From NCBI GenBank assembly GCA_030390025.1, contig CM059432.1, forward strand, positions 108,502,001 through 108,566,000: 64,000 nt of DNA, given 5' to 3'. The notes beneath the pieces are model-generated. The model worked only from the letters and a program-made list of their open reading frames with translations. It did no database searches and was not told the DNA's origin. Source of the DNA: Squalus acanthias (lineage: Eukaryota). The position numbers were made by a program, and so were the translations under genes. This document shows, piece by piece, positions 1 to 12,264 of the stretch; position 1 is the first letter of the stretch, and each line of letters starts with the position of its first letter.

Positions 1-154
1 CATTCTTGTCTACGACTTGGCTGTACCAAAATGTTTAGGTTATTAGGCATTTCACAATGGCCTGCCCATTTGTCTAGTGCAGTACATACACCCTATCACT
101 AGAGGCCTCCAATGAGCTATGTAAACAGTACAGCTCCTGTTGTCCAGACACTTT

Positions 155-854
155 GGCCTAAAAATTCGGTTGCTTTGCGCCTCCCGTTAACGGGGCGCAA
201 AGCAACTAGCGCCCGGGCATGGCGCCGCCAACGCCTCCTGCGAAATTCAGCGGGAGGTTAGCGGCGGCGGTAACCGTTAACGCTCTGCGGCACTGCGACG
301 CCGGCGATGATGTCATCGCCGTGCACAGCGCCCCGCTCATACCCCGGCCGGGATCTTTGGTAGCGGCCCCTGACTTACCGCCAGAAGATATGTCCAAAGG
401 GGTCCAGTGGGCCTACCTGTGGCTGGGGCGGCGCTAATTAAAGGGGAGGTGCCGGGCGGCCATTTTTGTTGCTGGCCGCCTGCCAGCACCTGCCCCCATT
501 GCCGTCCCCGGCCTCTTGACCAGTCCCCCCGCGGAGTGCCGGCTGCGCTCCGTGAGCCCGGCACTTCTCTTGAGTGCCGGGCTCTTTTGCCAGCACTCTG
601 ATCCCTGGTGGCCCAGCTGGGCCCTGGGTCGCGCTGCGCAAGGCCCCTCCCCTTTAAGAAGGGGAGGAAGGTCTGCAGTACCACAGCACGTAGTGCTGCG
701 ATATTCACTCGCTACTAAGAGGGAGGCGGGACGCTTCCAGTAGGGGCGCTACCGATGAAGTTCGGCCGCGGGGGCGCTAATCTTTTCGGGGAGCTAAAAG
801 TAGCGCCCTGGCGAAGTTGGCGCCCCAAAGGGGGCGCAACTCAATTTTTCCCCC
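155..854. mobile_element. Harbinger-type MITE (family 1)
   Basis: TIRs GGCCTAAAAATT...AATTTTTCCCCC, TTT on both flanks (3-bp TSD), GC-rich GCGC subterminal motifs. An inverted homolog lies at 32790-33444. Confidence 0.8.
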
Positions 855-1026
855 TTTCAGTAATCATTTCAGTTTACTGCAGAGGTCTTGTGCTTTTAAC
901 ACTGATATTTTCTGCATGTCCTGACTTCCTAAAACTATGTACCCAAACTTCGCTCTTTGGAAAGTTCCAATTCACTATATCCAGCATGTGTTATCCTCAA
1001 CAAATTAACTAACTCATCATTTAGAA

Positions 1027-1185
1027 TTTTGTTTTTCATTCTCGGAATGTAGGTGTCACTGACGAGGCTGACATTTTATTACCCATCCCTGAAAAGGTGG
1101 TTGTGGACCTTCTTGAACTGTTGCAGTTCATGTGGTGAAGGTGCTCCCGTAGTGCTGTTGGGTAGGGAGCTCCAGGATTTTGTGT
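1027..1185 (-). mobile_element. Degenerate 3' end of a CR1/L2-group LINE
   Basis: Similar to the better preserved tail at 21218-21668. Confidence 0.55.
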
Positions 1186-1239
1186 TCCACATAAAAGTGG
1201 TGTTCCACAGGCGGTGCTGTTGTTCACTATTTACATAAA

Positions 1240-1640
1240 TGAGGTTATAACTATCAGGAAAGATTGAACAGGCTGCAACTCTTTTCTCTAGAAAAGAGAC
1301 TGAGAGGTGAGCTGATAGAGATCTTTAAAATTAAGAATGAATTCGATAGGGTAGACATAGAGAAGATGTTTCCAATCTTGAGGGAGACCAAAACTGGGGA
1401 CCATAAATATAAGATAGTCACAAATAAATCCAATAAGGAATCCAGGAGAACCTTCTTTACTCAGAGTGGTGAAAATGTGGAACTTGCTGCCACATGGAGT
1501 GGAGGATAGGTAAGTACATGAGGGAGCAAGGAGTAGATAAGTATGTTGATATGGTGAGATGAAGTAAATAGAGTGGGGGTGTGGAGCAGAAACACTGGCA
1601 TAAACCTGTTAGGCCGAATGGCCTGTTTCTGTGTTGTAAA
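1240..1640 (+). mobile_element. CR1 LINE 3' fragment
   Basis: ORF NRLQLFSLEKRLRGELIEIFKI...FFTQ is the CR1 ORF2 C-terminus. 3' UTR resembles 38700-38850. Confidence 0.85.
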
Positions 1641-1646
1641 TTCAAT

Positions 1647-2539
1647 GGGGGAAAAATTCAGTTGGTTGTGCCTCCCGTTAGCGCCTTAAGAGGGCGCTAA
1701 TGGGGCGCAAAGCAGCTAGCGCCCGGGCGCGGCGAAGTTTGCGCCGCTCGCAAAATTAACTAGACATTTTGCGGCGGCGCTAAACACTACCGCCACGATC
1801 TCCTGCGCCGGCAGATCATGACGTCACTCGAGTGCGCAACGCCCCGGTATCGCCCCGGAGCGGATATTGAGTGGCGCCCCCTGCCTTACCGCCTGACGCG
1901 AGCAACGACAGGTTGAGGGGAGCGTTCTGCAGTCATGAAGGGAAAGGGGGAGCGCTATTTAAAGGTGAACACTTCCTGCCTTTTATTGTTGGTGCCATTT
2001 TTGAACTACGCATTCTGAGAGAGAGAGGTAGAGACTTCTGGAGAGATTCAACGTTGTGTGAAGGAGTTTTGGGTACTGAGCAGCACTTTGCAGGTTCATT
2101 TTGATTTGCCATTCCTTGTATCGATTTAGCAGAGACTGTGGGGGCTGCACTCTGAGCTCTTGGCCTGGTACTCTCCATTGTTCTTTCCAGCAGATTTGAT
2201 GTGCAGGTCCCTGCAGGCCGAGATTCAAGGCTGCAATGAGCAGGATGTGGATGGAAAGCAAGATTAACCATCCCCTTTAAGAACTGGCCCGTGCCATTGT
2301 GTGTGTGTTCCATTGCTGACTGACATTACATGAGCTTCGCCAGCGCTCTGAGGTAGCGCCTCGCTCCTCGGCCTTTGCGCCTTAAGACAGGTGTGAAGCG
2401 CCTGATTTAGCGCTGCAATCACCTCCAGGGGCGATAAAAGTGAAGTTTGCAGTCGGTGGCGATAATTAGCGCCAGGCGCTAATCTTTGCGCCCGGCCGAT
2501 ATTTGCGCCCCAAACGGGGCGCGACTGAATTTTTCCCCC
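1647..2539. mobile_element. Harbinger-type MITE (family 2), copy 1
   Basis: TIR GGGGGAAAAATTCAGT / ACTGAATTTTTCCCCC, TSD AAT. Highly similar copies at 48233-49125 and 57972-58868. Confidence 0.9.
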
Positions 2540-2564
2540 AATGTAATTTTGACCCATTTGACCC

Positions 2565-2888
2565 TTGTCGGATAAGACGTTAAACTGAGGCCCCATCTGC
2601 CCTCTCAGGTAGATGTAAAAGATCCCATGGCACTATTTCGAAGAAGAGCAGGGGAGTTCTCCCCAGTGTCCTGGCCAATATTTATCCCTCAACAAACATC
2701 ACTAAAAAAACAAATTATCTGCTCATTATCGCATTGCTGTTTGTGGGACCTTGCTGAGTGCAGATTGGCTGCCACGTTTCCTGCATTGCCCTGGTGACTA
2801 CGCTTCAAGAGTGCTTTGTTGGCAGTAAAGTGCTTTCCTGAGGTCGTGAAAGGCACTATATAAATGCAAGTTCCTTTTTCTTTCTTTC
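2565..2888 (+). mobile_element. Deu-domain SINE (SacSINE1/AmnSINE1-like), 5'-truncated
   Basis: Matches the body and tail of the full copy at 53307-53770 (GTAAAAGATCCCATGGCACTATTTCG...AAAGGCACTATATAAATGCAAG). Confidence 0.8.
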
Positions 2889-3637
2889 TAAGCTCATGAC
2901 ACCGTGACATAAATGCATCATTATGAGTGACATAATAATTAACACGCAGCTTTTCTAACTCCTATCATTCGCTGAACAAAGTGCCACATACTTTCATGAA
3001 GAAATATTCCTTTAAAGAGCTAAAGTACAAAATCCATCTACAACTTCAAATATTTTAAAAACTGAAGATATAAGAGCCAGATGTAGCTGCTCATCCGGTC
3101 AAGCACTTGGCTCTTTACCAGGAGATTGTGATTTCAAGCCTCACTGCAGAGTGAGTTCTTGACTGGAACAGAATATGGAGGATTGTACAGAAATAAGGTG
3201 TTTAGTTCTGGAGGGAAAGGAGGTGAGCCGGCGTTGTTCAGACTTATCCCTGCTTAAATTTCACATCCTGCTGGCCAATCACAAAGCAAAGCTGATCACA
3301 ATCTTTCAGTCATTCTGATTGGACAAGGACATGTGGCCTGCCAGTGGGAGAATAGTAGGAATTGGGGCGGTGGGGGAGGTGGCGACAAGATACATCTTAA
3401 AAAAATACAGAGAAAGCATAGAACATGAAAGGGAAATTTTAAACCCTAATTATCTATTGGGTCATCATAAAAGTTGAACTTTATCGCTAGTGATGTTCTG
3501 CAGTGTTGCTCACAGTTTGAGAAGTGTCTATCTACTCTGTACCAGAATTTGTCTCTTTTGGTGCCTCAATGGTCACTCAATGTAAAGGTCTCTTTCGCTT
3601 AGTACTAGCACCAGGTCCTGTCTACTCATTATTATAA

Positions 3638-3793
3638 TAGCAAAATACTGCGGATGCTGGAAATCTGAAATAACAACAGAAAATGCTGAAAGCACTCAGC
3701 AGGCCAGGCAGCATCCGTGGCGAGAGAAACAGAGTTAACGTTTCAGGTCTGGGGCCCTTCATCAGAACTGGAAAAGGTTAGAGATGTAACAGG
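3638..3793 (-). mobile_element. Penelope-like element terminal relic
   Basis: Carries a minimal hammerhead motif on the minus strand. A more decayed relative lies at about 7595-7710. Confidence 0.65.
3733..3769 (-). ncRNA. Minimal type I hammerhead ribozyme motif
   Basis: Minus strand AGTT-CTGATGA-AGG(gccccaga)CCT-GAAA-CGTT-AACT: conserved core, stem I AGTT/AACT, stem II AGG/CCT, palindromic stem III. Confidence 0.65.
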
Positions 3794-4839
3794 CCTCTCT
3801 CACTCAATACCAGTGTCTCAGCCACTCCCTTAAGTGCTGCCACCTCTTACTCTGGGACAGTGAGGCATATAAAATATTATACTGTATATTATTGTTTGAT
3901 ATCCCAGTTACCATCTTTAAAACCTTGGGTATGTAGCCAGGATATAATGGATTGGAGGTGGGTACAGGTTTGGGTGGGAAGATCATGTCCGGGAGCTGCT
4001 GGAAAGCATGGGAGCAAGTGTGTGCAGACCTAGGCCTCAGGATGGGAGGGGGTTTGGGGCTCTAGCCTGGATAGTGTGGTCTGCCGGTTAACGTGTGCAT
4101 GGCAAGTGCATTCTGGGATTGGAGTTGGGATTAATGAACTGAGTGGGCTGGGGCCTAGGAATATGCTGTAGAGTGAAGGAAGCATTGTGGGTAGGGTTGT
4201 CAACTCTGGTTGGAGGCATTCCCGGAGGTTTGATCACGTGACATTTTGACCACATGACATCTGACCATGTAATACCTGATCATGTGTCATTTGATCACAT
4301 GATCAAATATTTATCCCATTCCCTTTGAAATTATGTTTTAGTCTCTACCTCTGCTACATGCATCTCAATTTGTTACACCAACTTGATTGATCCGGTGATC
4401 TCTGTCATACTCCAGGGAGCTTTATTTAATGGACCAATTGGATTCTCAGGATGGGGCCTGCTTTACTTACAGTATATAAACTGTAAATATAAATTAGATT
4501 TCCAAAATTAGTGATGAAAAATTTGTTAGAAGTGCCTGAGGTTTTGAAATTTCCCTCATGGGGTACGTTTTATGAGATGCTCTCCCGACAAGGAGCCTTG
4601 CTCGGTGGGAGGGCGGATCAGACTATCTGGCGTTGAGATTGTTGCATCTGCTTCAACACCCTCACAATATTCTGGTTATTCATTTTAATCAGGACTGCTG
4701 ACTGCACCTGATCGTCCGATCTGTCCTCTCCAGGAGTAGCAGCTTCTCGCTTGTAAAATTGACCTGTATACCTGCTTTTTAACTGCAGTTTCATTAAATG
4801 TTACTTTGCAAATTAGACCGTTGTGAGATTAAAAACATT

Positions 4840-5627
4840 GGCCCCGATATTTATGGAGAGGCGGGGTGGGAGTGGGGTTGCCTGTTTGCGAGGGGGGGTA
4901 CCCTGAAATTCCGGGAACAAGAAGGTCCTGCCGAATTTAACAGCAGGATCTCTCTTTTTTTACTCCATTTCCCGCCCGGCAGCCAGCCAGATTGGCAGGC
5001 TGACTAGCTGCCGGGCGGGAAAGCCAGCGGTAGAATGCTGCTACTGGGGACCCTTGGGGACAGTCCCCGGGAAAGATTGCGGCTTGGACCGGCAAGCAGG
5101 AGGGAGGGGGGAGCAGGAGAGATCACGAGGCAGAAGTGGGGGGGAAGTCAGACCGCCAGTCTGGAGGGAGGGGGGGAACCGGGAGAGACCGCGGGGCAGA
5201 AGCGGGGTTCGAACTGCCAATAGAGAGCGACAGGCTCGGGTCGTGGGTTTGGAGGGGGTGTCTGTTGATCACGGCAGAAGGATTCTTTGAGGGGCTGAGG
5301 GGAGCACTCCAACTCCTGCTGGCCCATAAGGAGCGCTCTAATAAGTACTTACCTGCTTGATCCGGCTGCTCCTGTCTCCATTTTGCTGCTAGGTTTCCTG
5401 AGCCTAACTGCACTGTGGGAGCCTGATTTAAATATTATAATGAAGTATACTGCCTCTCTAGAGCGGGACACAGAAATGCCACGCAACCCGCTGCCATAAA
5501 AATGCTGGCAGATGCGTATGCGGCAGGTTGGGGTTGGGTTACGCGATTTTTTAATTTTTACCTCCGCCTCCCCCCGCCAACACCCTGACCCTCTTCTGCC
5601 CTTCTAAGGGAGGTTAAAATTCCTCCC
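4840..5627. mobile_element. Harbinger-type MITE (family 3)
   Basis: Imperfect TIRs GGCCCCGATATTTA / TTAAAATTCCTCCC, TSD ATT. Ends resemble 29718-29990 and about 34770-34821; an internal fragment lies at about 41390-41620. Confidence 0.65.
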
Positions 5628-5689
5628 ATTGTTGCTCTGTTTACATTTTCTAGGTTAAACAGCGTTCATCAGTCACAAGCCCAATTTCT

Positions 5690-6235
5690 TTGGCACATCT
5701 AGATCTGCCTGTAGTCATCGAATATCATCTACAGTCCTGACACTCGCACGTATCTTAGTATCATCTGCAAACTTGAAGATCATTCCCCCAACACCTACAT
5801 CTAGATCATTAATAAAAAATAGTAAAGAGTCCTAACATCGGTCCCTACAGGATACCACTGATGACCAGTCTTCAGGCAGATCCAAATCCATCTGCAACCA
5901 CTTTCTGCCAATGGCCTTCCAGCCAGTTCTCAATCCAGCTCAATATATTGCACTAATACCTGAAGAATCGATCTTGTAGAGCAGCCTCTTATGCGGTACC
6001 TTGTCAAAAGCTTTTTGGAAGTTTAGGTAGTGTCTACCGGGCTTCCCTCATCCACTATCTGGGTGACTTTTTCCAAAAATATAATCAAATTTGTAAGATA
6101 TGACTTCCTTTTATTTTGATGCCATAAGTCATATATTGTATCCCTAATGATTCCCTCAAGCATCTTCCCTGTTACTGATGTCAGACTAATGGGCCTATAG
6201 TTACCCAGATCCGTCTTATCTCCTTTTTTAAAGAT
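5690..6235 (-). mobile_element. Old CR1 RT fragment
   Basis: Minus strand retains AAGTTTGCAGATGATACTAAG (KFADDTK), [14 protein letters not shown] and NYRPISLTSV-like coding. Confidence 0.8.
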
Positions 6236-7984
6236 GCTGGTAAGAAGAAAATTGACTTTTTGATTGACTTTTGCTAAGGTTCACAAATCCATATTTGTAG
6301 TGCTAGGAGAAGCTTCAAACTCCTGACGACTAGTCTGCTGGTGTTTTAAACTGATCCCAGGTCACTTTTTACTCAACTTATTAATTTTTAATATAAATAT
6401 AAGTAAAATGATCGGCTCACCGGGCAAAGATTTCCACTCAATGCTCAGTGTGACAAAATCATAAACCTATTCTTTGTAAATGTGCTTCTGATTTTGCTAC
6501 AGCTACGGCACAGAGGAAACTTTCCCTCAGATAAAGGCCAGTATATTGACCTCAGTGATGTTGGAAGAAATAATGCAATACATATCTTGTGAGCTTGTGA
6601 TAGATTTGCAAAACATTAAGTTACCTTTTTAAAATTTTCATTAATATACAAATTAATAAACTGTAGACTCAGTACTGCAGTTACAATGTGTAGCATGGAG
6701 TTGTTTGCAAAGCGGATCAATATTGTACTGCAGGTGATTTAAAAAAAATCTTTTTGCAATTATTAGTGAGCATGCCACTAAAGTTAGCAAGGGACCCAGT
6801 CTGAGTGGGTGAGAAGCTGCAAAACAAAACTCATCATAAACTGGGACTGATTTAGCTGTAAACTCAAAGGGCTGAAATTTCACAGTGCAGTAAGGGGTAT
6901 TCTTTTACACCGGGCAATCAGCTGGTGTCTGCATGGCCCTTTGCTTGTGAAAGTATGCTTGAGATCGGAAAACTTGCTGTAAAGCAAACCTTAGCAGTAA
7001 ACTGCATCCCACCTCCCCATATATATCGGATAGCAATGCTCTACACCATCTTGTCATGTTTGTACAAAACTTTTTTTTTTTAAAAAGCAGCAAAAGACAG
7101 TTAAGTCTTAAAAACTATATTAAAAAATTGCAGGTATTTTAAAATTTTGTCCCTAGAAACTTTTTGTATCTGACTTAGAAGCACTCAACGTTTATTGCTG
7201 AGGGCAAATGTTTTATTTCCTGTCACGGATGTTCCCCACCTTAATGGAAACTCCTTGGTTTATGTTTTAAATATTTTTTTAATGTCCTAGTGCAGCCCCA
7301 ATATGGCTGCATTCCTCTTTTTGACCCCCCCCCCCCCCCCCCGCCACCCACTCATATTGAGCACTGTGAACTAAAAGTATGCCTTAGTAGTCCTGGGTTT
7401 TGGATGCAGTAGTTGGGATGACACTGAATATTGTGTCTTCAGGGAAATTAGGTCATGCTGCTGGGGGAGGAGTGGACCTCAACTAAGTCTCGCAGTCTCG
7501 CAGTTTTCGAAGAAAATAATATTTTTGTTGCAGCTTGCTACAGAATAATGAAATGGTTTTTCTGTACTATGTTAAGAAATGTACTTTTAAAGAAATAAAA
7601 ACAGAAAATGCAGACATGTACACAACAGATCATTTAACATTTGTCAAGGGAAAAGATAAATTAATGGTTTGCGTATATACCCTTCATCAGATTACTGAAA
7701 ACTAAAAGATAAGCAAACATTTTAGTCAGCTTAGAAAAAAAGGGGTGGAAGAAACAGAGTCTCCAATCACAGGAAGGGAGTCAATGGGTTGAATGATCTG
7801 CAATTTGTTTCATAGAAAACTTTTAGATATGATCTTAGTGAGAACAAAGGAATGTGCAAATAGATAAAAGGGTCAAAAGTGATGAGAGAAAATGAAAATG
7901 GGAAGAATTGAAGAAAGAAATAAAAACCTGCAAATGCAGTATATTTTTTTTTAAAGAAAAAGGACATCAATTGAATTTTAATCA

Positions 7985-8165
7985 GATTATGAAGGGTTTT
8001 GATAGAGTAAATAAGGAGAAACTGTTACCACTGGCAGGAGGGCCAGAGGACACAGATTTAAGATAATTGCCAAAAGAACCAGAGGGGAGATGTTACGATC
8101 TGGAATGCACTGACTGACAGTGGAAGCAGATTCAATAGTAACTTTCAAAAGGGAATTGGATATAC
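7985..8165 (+). mobile_element. CR1 3' tail, part 1 (continues at 9933-10027 and 11452-11495)
   Basis: The pieces join into one colinear CR1 3' end, split by two younger antisense CR1 insertions. Confidence 0.75.
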
Positions 8166-9932
8166 ATAGAAATACATAGAAGATAGGAGCAGGAGTAGGC
8201 CATCCGGCCCTTCGAGCCTGCTCCGCCATTTAATGAGATCATGGCTGATCCTCCAATTCAGTATCCCGTCCCCGCCTTCTCTCCGTAACCCTTAACCCCT
8301 TTTGCCTGTAGAAATATATCTAATTCCCTCTTAAATATATTTAATGAGCTGGCGTACACTGCCCTCTGTGGCAATGAGTTCCACAGGTTCACCACCCTCT
8401 GAGTGAAGAAATTCCCCCTCATTTCTGTCCTAAATGGTTTAGCCCTTATCCTTAAATTATGCCCTCTAGTTCTGTTCTCACCCGCCAAGGGAAACATTCC
8501 TTCTGCATCTAGTCTGTCTAGACCTGTCAGAATTTTATACACTTCTATGAGGTCCCCTCTCAATCTTCTAAACTCCAGTGTGTACATCCCTAAACTACAT
8601 AGTCTCTCCTCATAGGTCAATCCCGCCATTCCTGGTATCAGCCTGGTGAATCGCCGCTGCACCCCCTCCATGGCAAGAACATCTTTCCTCAGATGAGGCG
8701 ACCAAAACTGTACACAGTACTCGAGGTGTGGTCTCACCAGTGCCCTGTACAGCTGCAGCAAGGTATCCCTGTTCCTGTATTCCAACCCTTTTGCTATGAA
8801 GGCCAGCATACCGTTTGCCTTCTTGACCGCCTGTTGCACCTGCATGCTCGCCTTCAGTGACTGGTGTACAAGAACACCCAGGTCTCTCTGTACTTCCCCC
8901 TCTCCCAATTTATTGCCATTTAAATAATAATTTGCCCTCCCGTTCCTGCACCCAAGGTGGATAACTTCGCACTTGTCCACATTATAGTGCATCTGCCATT
9001 TATCCGCCCAATCACCCAGTCTGTCCAAATCGCTCTGGAGCTTCCTGCTCTCCTCCTCTGAGCCCACCCCCCCTCCTAGTTTAGTGTCGTCTGCAAATTT
9101 GGAAATGCTGCATCCGACTCCCTGATCCAGGTCATTAATGTAAATTGTGAACAGCTGGGGACCCAGGACAGATCCCTGTGGTACCCCACTTGTTACTGCC
9201 TGCCATTCAGAAAATGAGCCGTTTATTCCAACTCTCTGTTTTCTATCTGACAGCCAGTTCTCTATCCACGTCAATACTTTCCCCTTTATCCCATGAGCTT
9301 CAATTTTCCCTGCTAATCTTTTATGTGGGACCTTATCGAAGGCCTTTTGGAAGTCCAGGTACACCACATCTACTGGCTCTCCCCCATCTATTTTACCAGT
9401 TACTCCCTCAAAAAATTCCAATAGATTAGTCAAGCACGATTTACCCTTTGTAAATCCATGTTGACTCTGTCCTATCCTGTCCCCATTTGCTAAGTGCTCC
9501 GCTATTTCATCCTTAATGATGGACTCCAGCATTTTGCCCACAACTGATGTAAGGCTTACAGGTCTGTAATTACCTGCTTTTTCCCTACCCCCCTTTTTGA
9601 ATAGTGGGGTAACGTTAGCTACCCTCCAATCCATGGGCACTGTTCCCGAGTCTAATGAATTCTGAAAAATCATACTTAGTGCATCCGCTATCTCTAGGGC
9701 CAACTCCTTCAGCACCCTAGGATGCATGTTATCAGGCCCTGGGGATTTGTCCGCCTTCAATCCCTTTAGCTTCCTTAACACCATATCCTTAGAGATATTG
9801 ATTTGCGTCAGTTCCTCCTTTGCAAATGTCCCTATTTTTCCCGATATCCCAGGGAGGTTTTTTGTGTCTTCCTTCGTAAAGACTGACCCAAAGTATGCAT
9901 TTAGTTGGTCTGCCATTTCCTTATTTCCCGTT
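8166..9932 (-). mobile_element. Young 5'-truncated CR1 LINE with uninterrupted RT frame
   Basis: Open frame 8258-9932 with [43 protein letters not shown], and a TTCTATG-type 3' tail. Confidence 0.95.
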
Positions 9933-10027
9933 ATATATACTTGAAAAGGAAAATTTTGCAGGGCTATGGGGAAAGAGAAGGCGAGAGGGACTAATTGGAT
10001 AGCTCTTTCAAACAGCCGGCACAGGCA

Positions 10028-11451
10028 TAGAAGCATAGAAGATAGGAGCAGGAGTAGGCCATTCGGCCCCTCGAGCCTGCTCCGCCATTTAATGAGATCA
10101 TGGCTGATCATCCAAATTCAGTACCCTGTCCCTGCTTTCTCCCCATATCCCTTGATCCCTTTAGCCTTAAGAAATATATCTATCTCCTTCTTGAATATAT
10201 TTAATGAATTGGCCTCAACTGCCTTCTGTGGTAGAGAATTCCACAGGTTCACCACTCTCTGGGTGAAGAAATTCCTCCTCATCTCAGTCCTAAATGGCTT
10301 ACCCCTTATCTTTAGACTGTGACCCCTGGTTCTGGACTCCCCCGCCATCGGGAACATCCTTCCTGCATCTAGTCTGTCTAGTCCTGTTAGAATTTTATAA
10401 GTTTCAATGAGATCCCCTCTCATTCTTCTAAACTCTAGCGAATATAAGCCTAATCGACCCAATCTCTCTTCATACGTCATTCCTGCCATCCCAGGTATCA
10501 GTCTGGTGAATCTTCGCTGCATTCCCTCCATGGCAAGAACATCCTTCTTCAGATAAGGTGACCAAAACTGCACACAATACTCAAGGTGTGGTCTCACCAA
10601 GGCCTTGTACAACTGCAGCAAGACATCCTTGCTCCTGTATTCGAATCCTCTCGCTATGAAGGCCAACATACCATTTGCCTTCTTAACCGCCTGCTGCACC
10701 TGCATGCTTACTTAACTTCAGCGACTGGTGCACAAGGACTCCCAGATCTCGTTGCACTTCCCCTTTTCCCAATCTATTGCCGTTCAGATAATAATCTGTC
10801 TTCCTGTTTTTGCCACCAAAGTGGATAACCTCGCATTTATCCACATTATACTGCATCTGCCGTGCATCTGCCCAATCACCCAACCTGTCGAAATCATACT
10901 GGAGTTTCTCTGCATCCTCCTCACAGCACACACCCCCACCCAGCTTTGTGTCGTCTGCAAACTTAGAGATATTACATCTAGTTCCCTCGTCTAGATCATT
11001 AATATATATTGTGAATAGCTGGGGTCCAACACTGATCCCTGTGGTGCCCCACTAGTCACTGCCTGCCACTCGGAAAAAGGCCCGTTTATTCCAACTCTTT
11101 GCTTCCTGTCTGCCAACCAGTTCTCTATCCAAATCAGTACCTCACCCCCAATCCCATGTGCTTTAACTTTGCACGCTAATCTCTTATGCGGGACCTTATC
11201 GAAAGCCTTCTGAAAGTCCAAATACACCACATCCACTGTTTCTCCCTTATCTATTCGACCAGTTACATCCTCAAAAAATTCCAGTAGATTAGTCAGGCAT
11301 GATTTCCCTTTTGTAAATCCATGTTGACTTTGTCCGATCCTGTCACTGTTTTCCAAGTGCTCTGCTATTACATCTTTTATAATGGACTCTAGCATTTTGC
11401 CCACTACCGATGTCAGGCTTATAATTCCCCGTTTTTTCTCTACCACCTTTT
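10028..11451 (-). mobile_element. 5'-truncated CR1 LINE (frameshifted RT)
   Basis: RT motifs spread over ORFs 10991-11446, 10683-10931 and 10118-10705; CR1 3' tail at 10028. Confidence 0.95.
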
Positions 11452-12264
11452 TGGGCCGAATGGCCTCCTTCTGTACTGTATGATGTTATGATTCTAACCA
11501 GAACCATAGGCAGTAGGTTAAGGACATGAGCTTGATATTTCCTCTTGTGCAGTATAATGTTAAATAATTCTTGTCATTTGTCCATCATTAAATAAGCAAA
11601 TTAACTCAAATATTTGAATGTAGAGCATTAAATATTTGAGAATGTTAATGTAGAAAACAGGAATTTCATCACAGAATTCTGATGATATTGTGACCACTAA
11701 TGGTGGAGAAACAGTTTCCAAAACCCATTGTTGGAATTACTGCCCGTAACTCGGGCCTGTATTTTTTTTATTTTACTACTCAGCCATTTACTGGTAACTT
11801 TTGTTTCCTAGGAGCAGGGAGATTCTGCTTGTTGTCTGGGTGGGAAATCTGTCTATCAGTGGTTAATTCCTGCTTTGATTTAATCACTGGAAACAAAGAT
11901 GGACTTTACCAATATATTAGTTGGAATGACTGGTCTAAAGAAATGTGTGAGATCTGCATTATTCAGAAGCGGTTTGCTGGCTGTGGTAACTTTTCTGGTT
12001 TCATTGGCAACATGAGTGCAAAGTTGAAATATCAGAGCGATGAGGAATTACCTCTGGCTGATGATTTCTCACCTGAAGATTTAACATAATGTGACATTGC
12101 AGATTAACATTGTGTTTTTTATTGAATCACTGGGTAATAATATGCATATTGTATATTACTGGAGCTTGTCTGTATTACTGTGGTGAGTGCACAGTGTACA
12201 TTATTGAAGAGTAGCACATATAGGGCTAGGAATTGGATATGGCCACGAAACGGGCAGTGTTAAG
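11452..12264 (+). repeat. Left arm of long inverted duplication (plus 9934-10027)
   Basis: Near-identical reverse complement of 28035-28848. The 129-aa ORFs in the two arms differ at one residue. Confidence 0.95.

Noticed and set aside
155..2539. CpG-island host promoter
   Set aside because: The CpG-rich patches coincide exactly with TIR/TSD-bounded MITEs.
8258..10111. 617-aa ORF as a gene
   Set aside because: Chance read-through: the first ~60 residues come from adjacent CR1 tails and the rest is truncated CR1 RT lacking the endonuclease.
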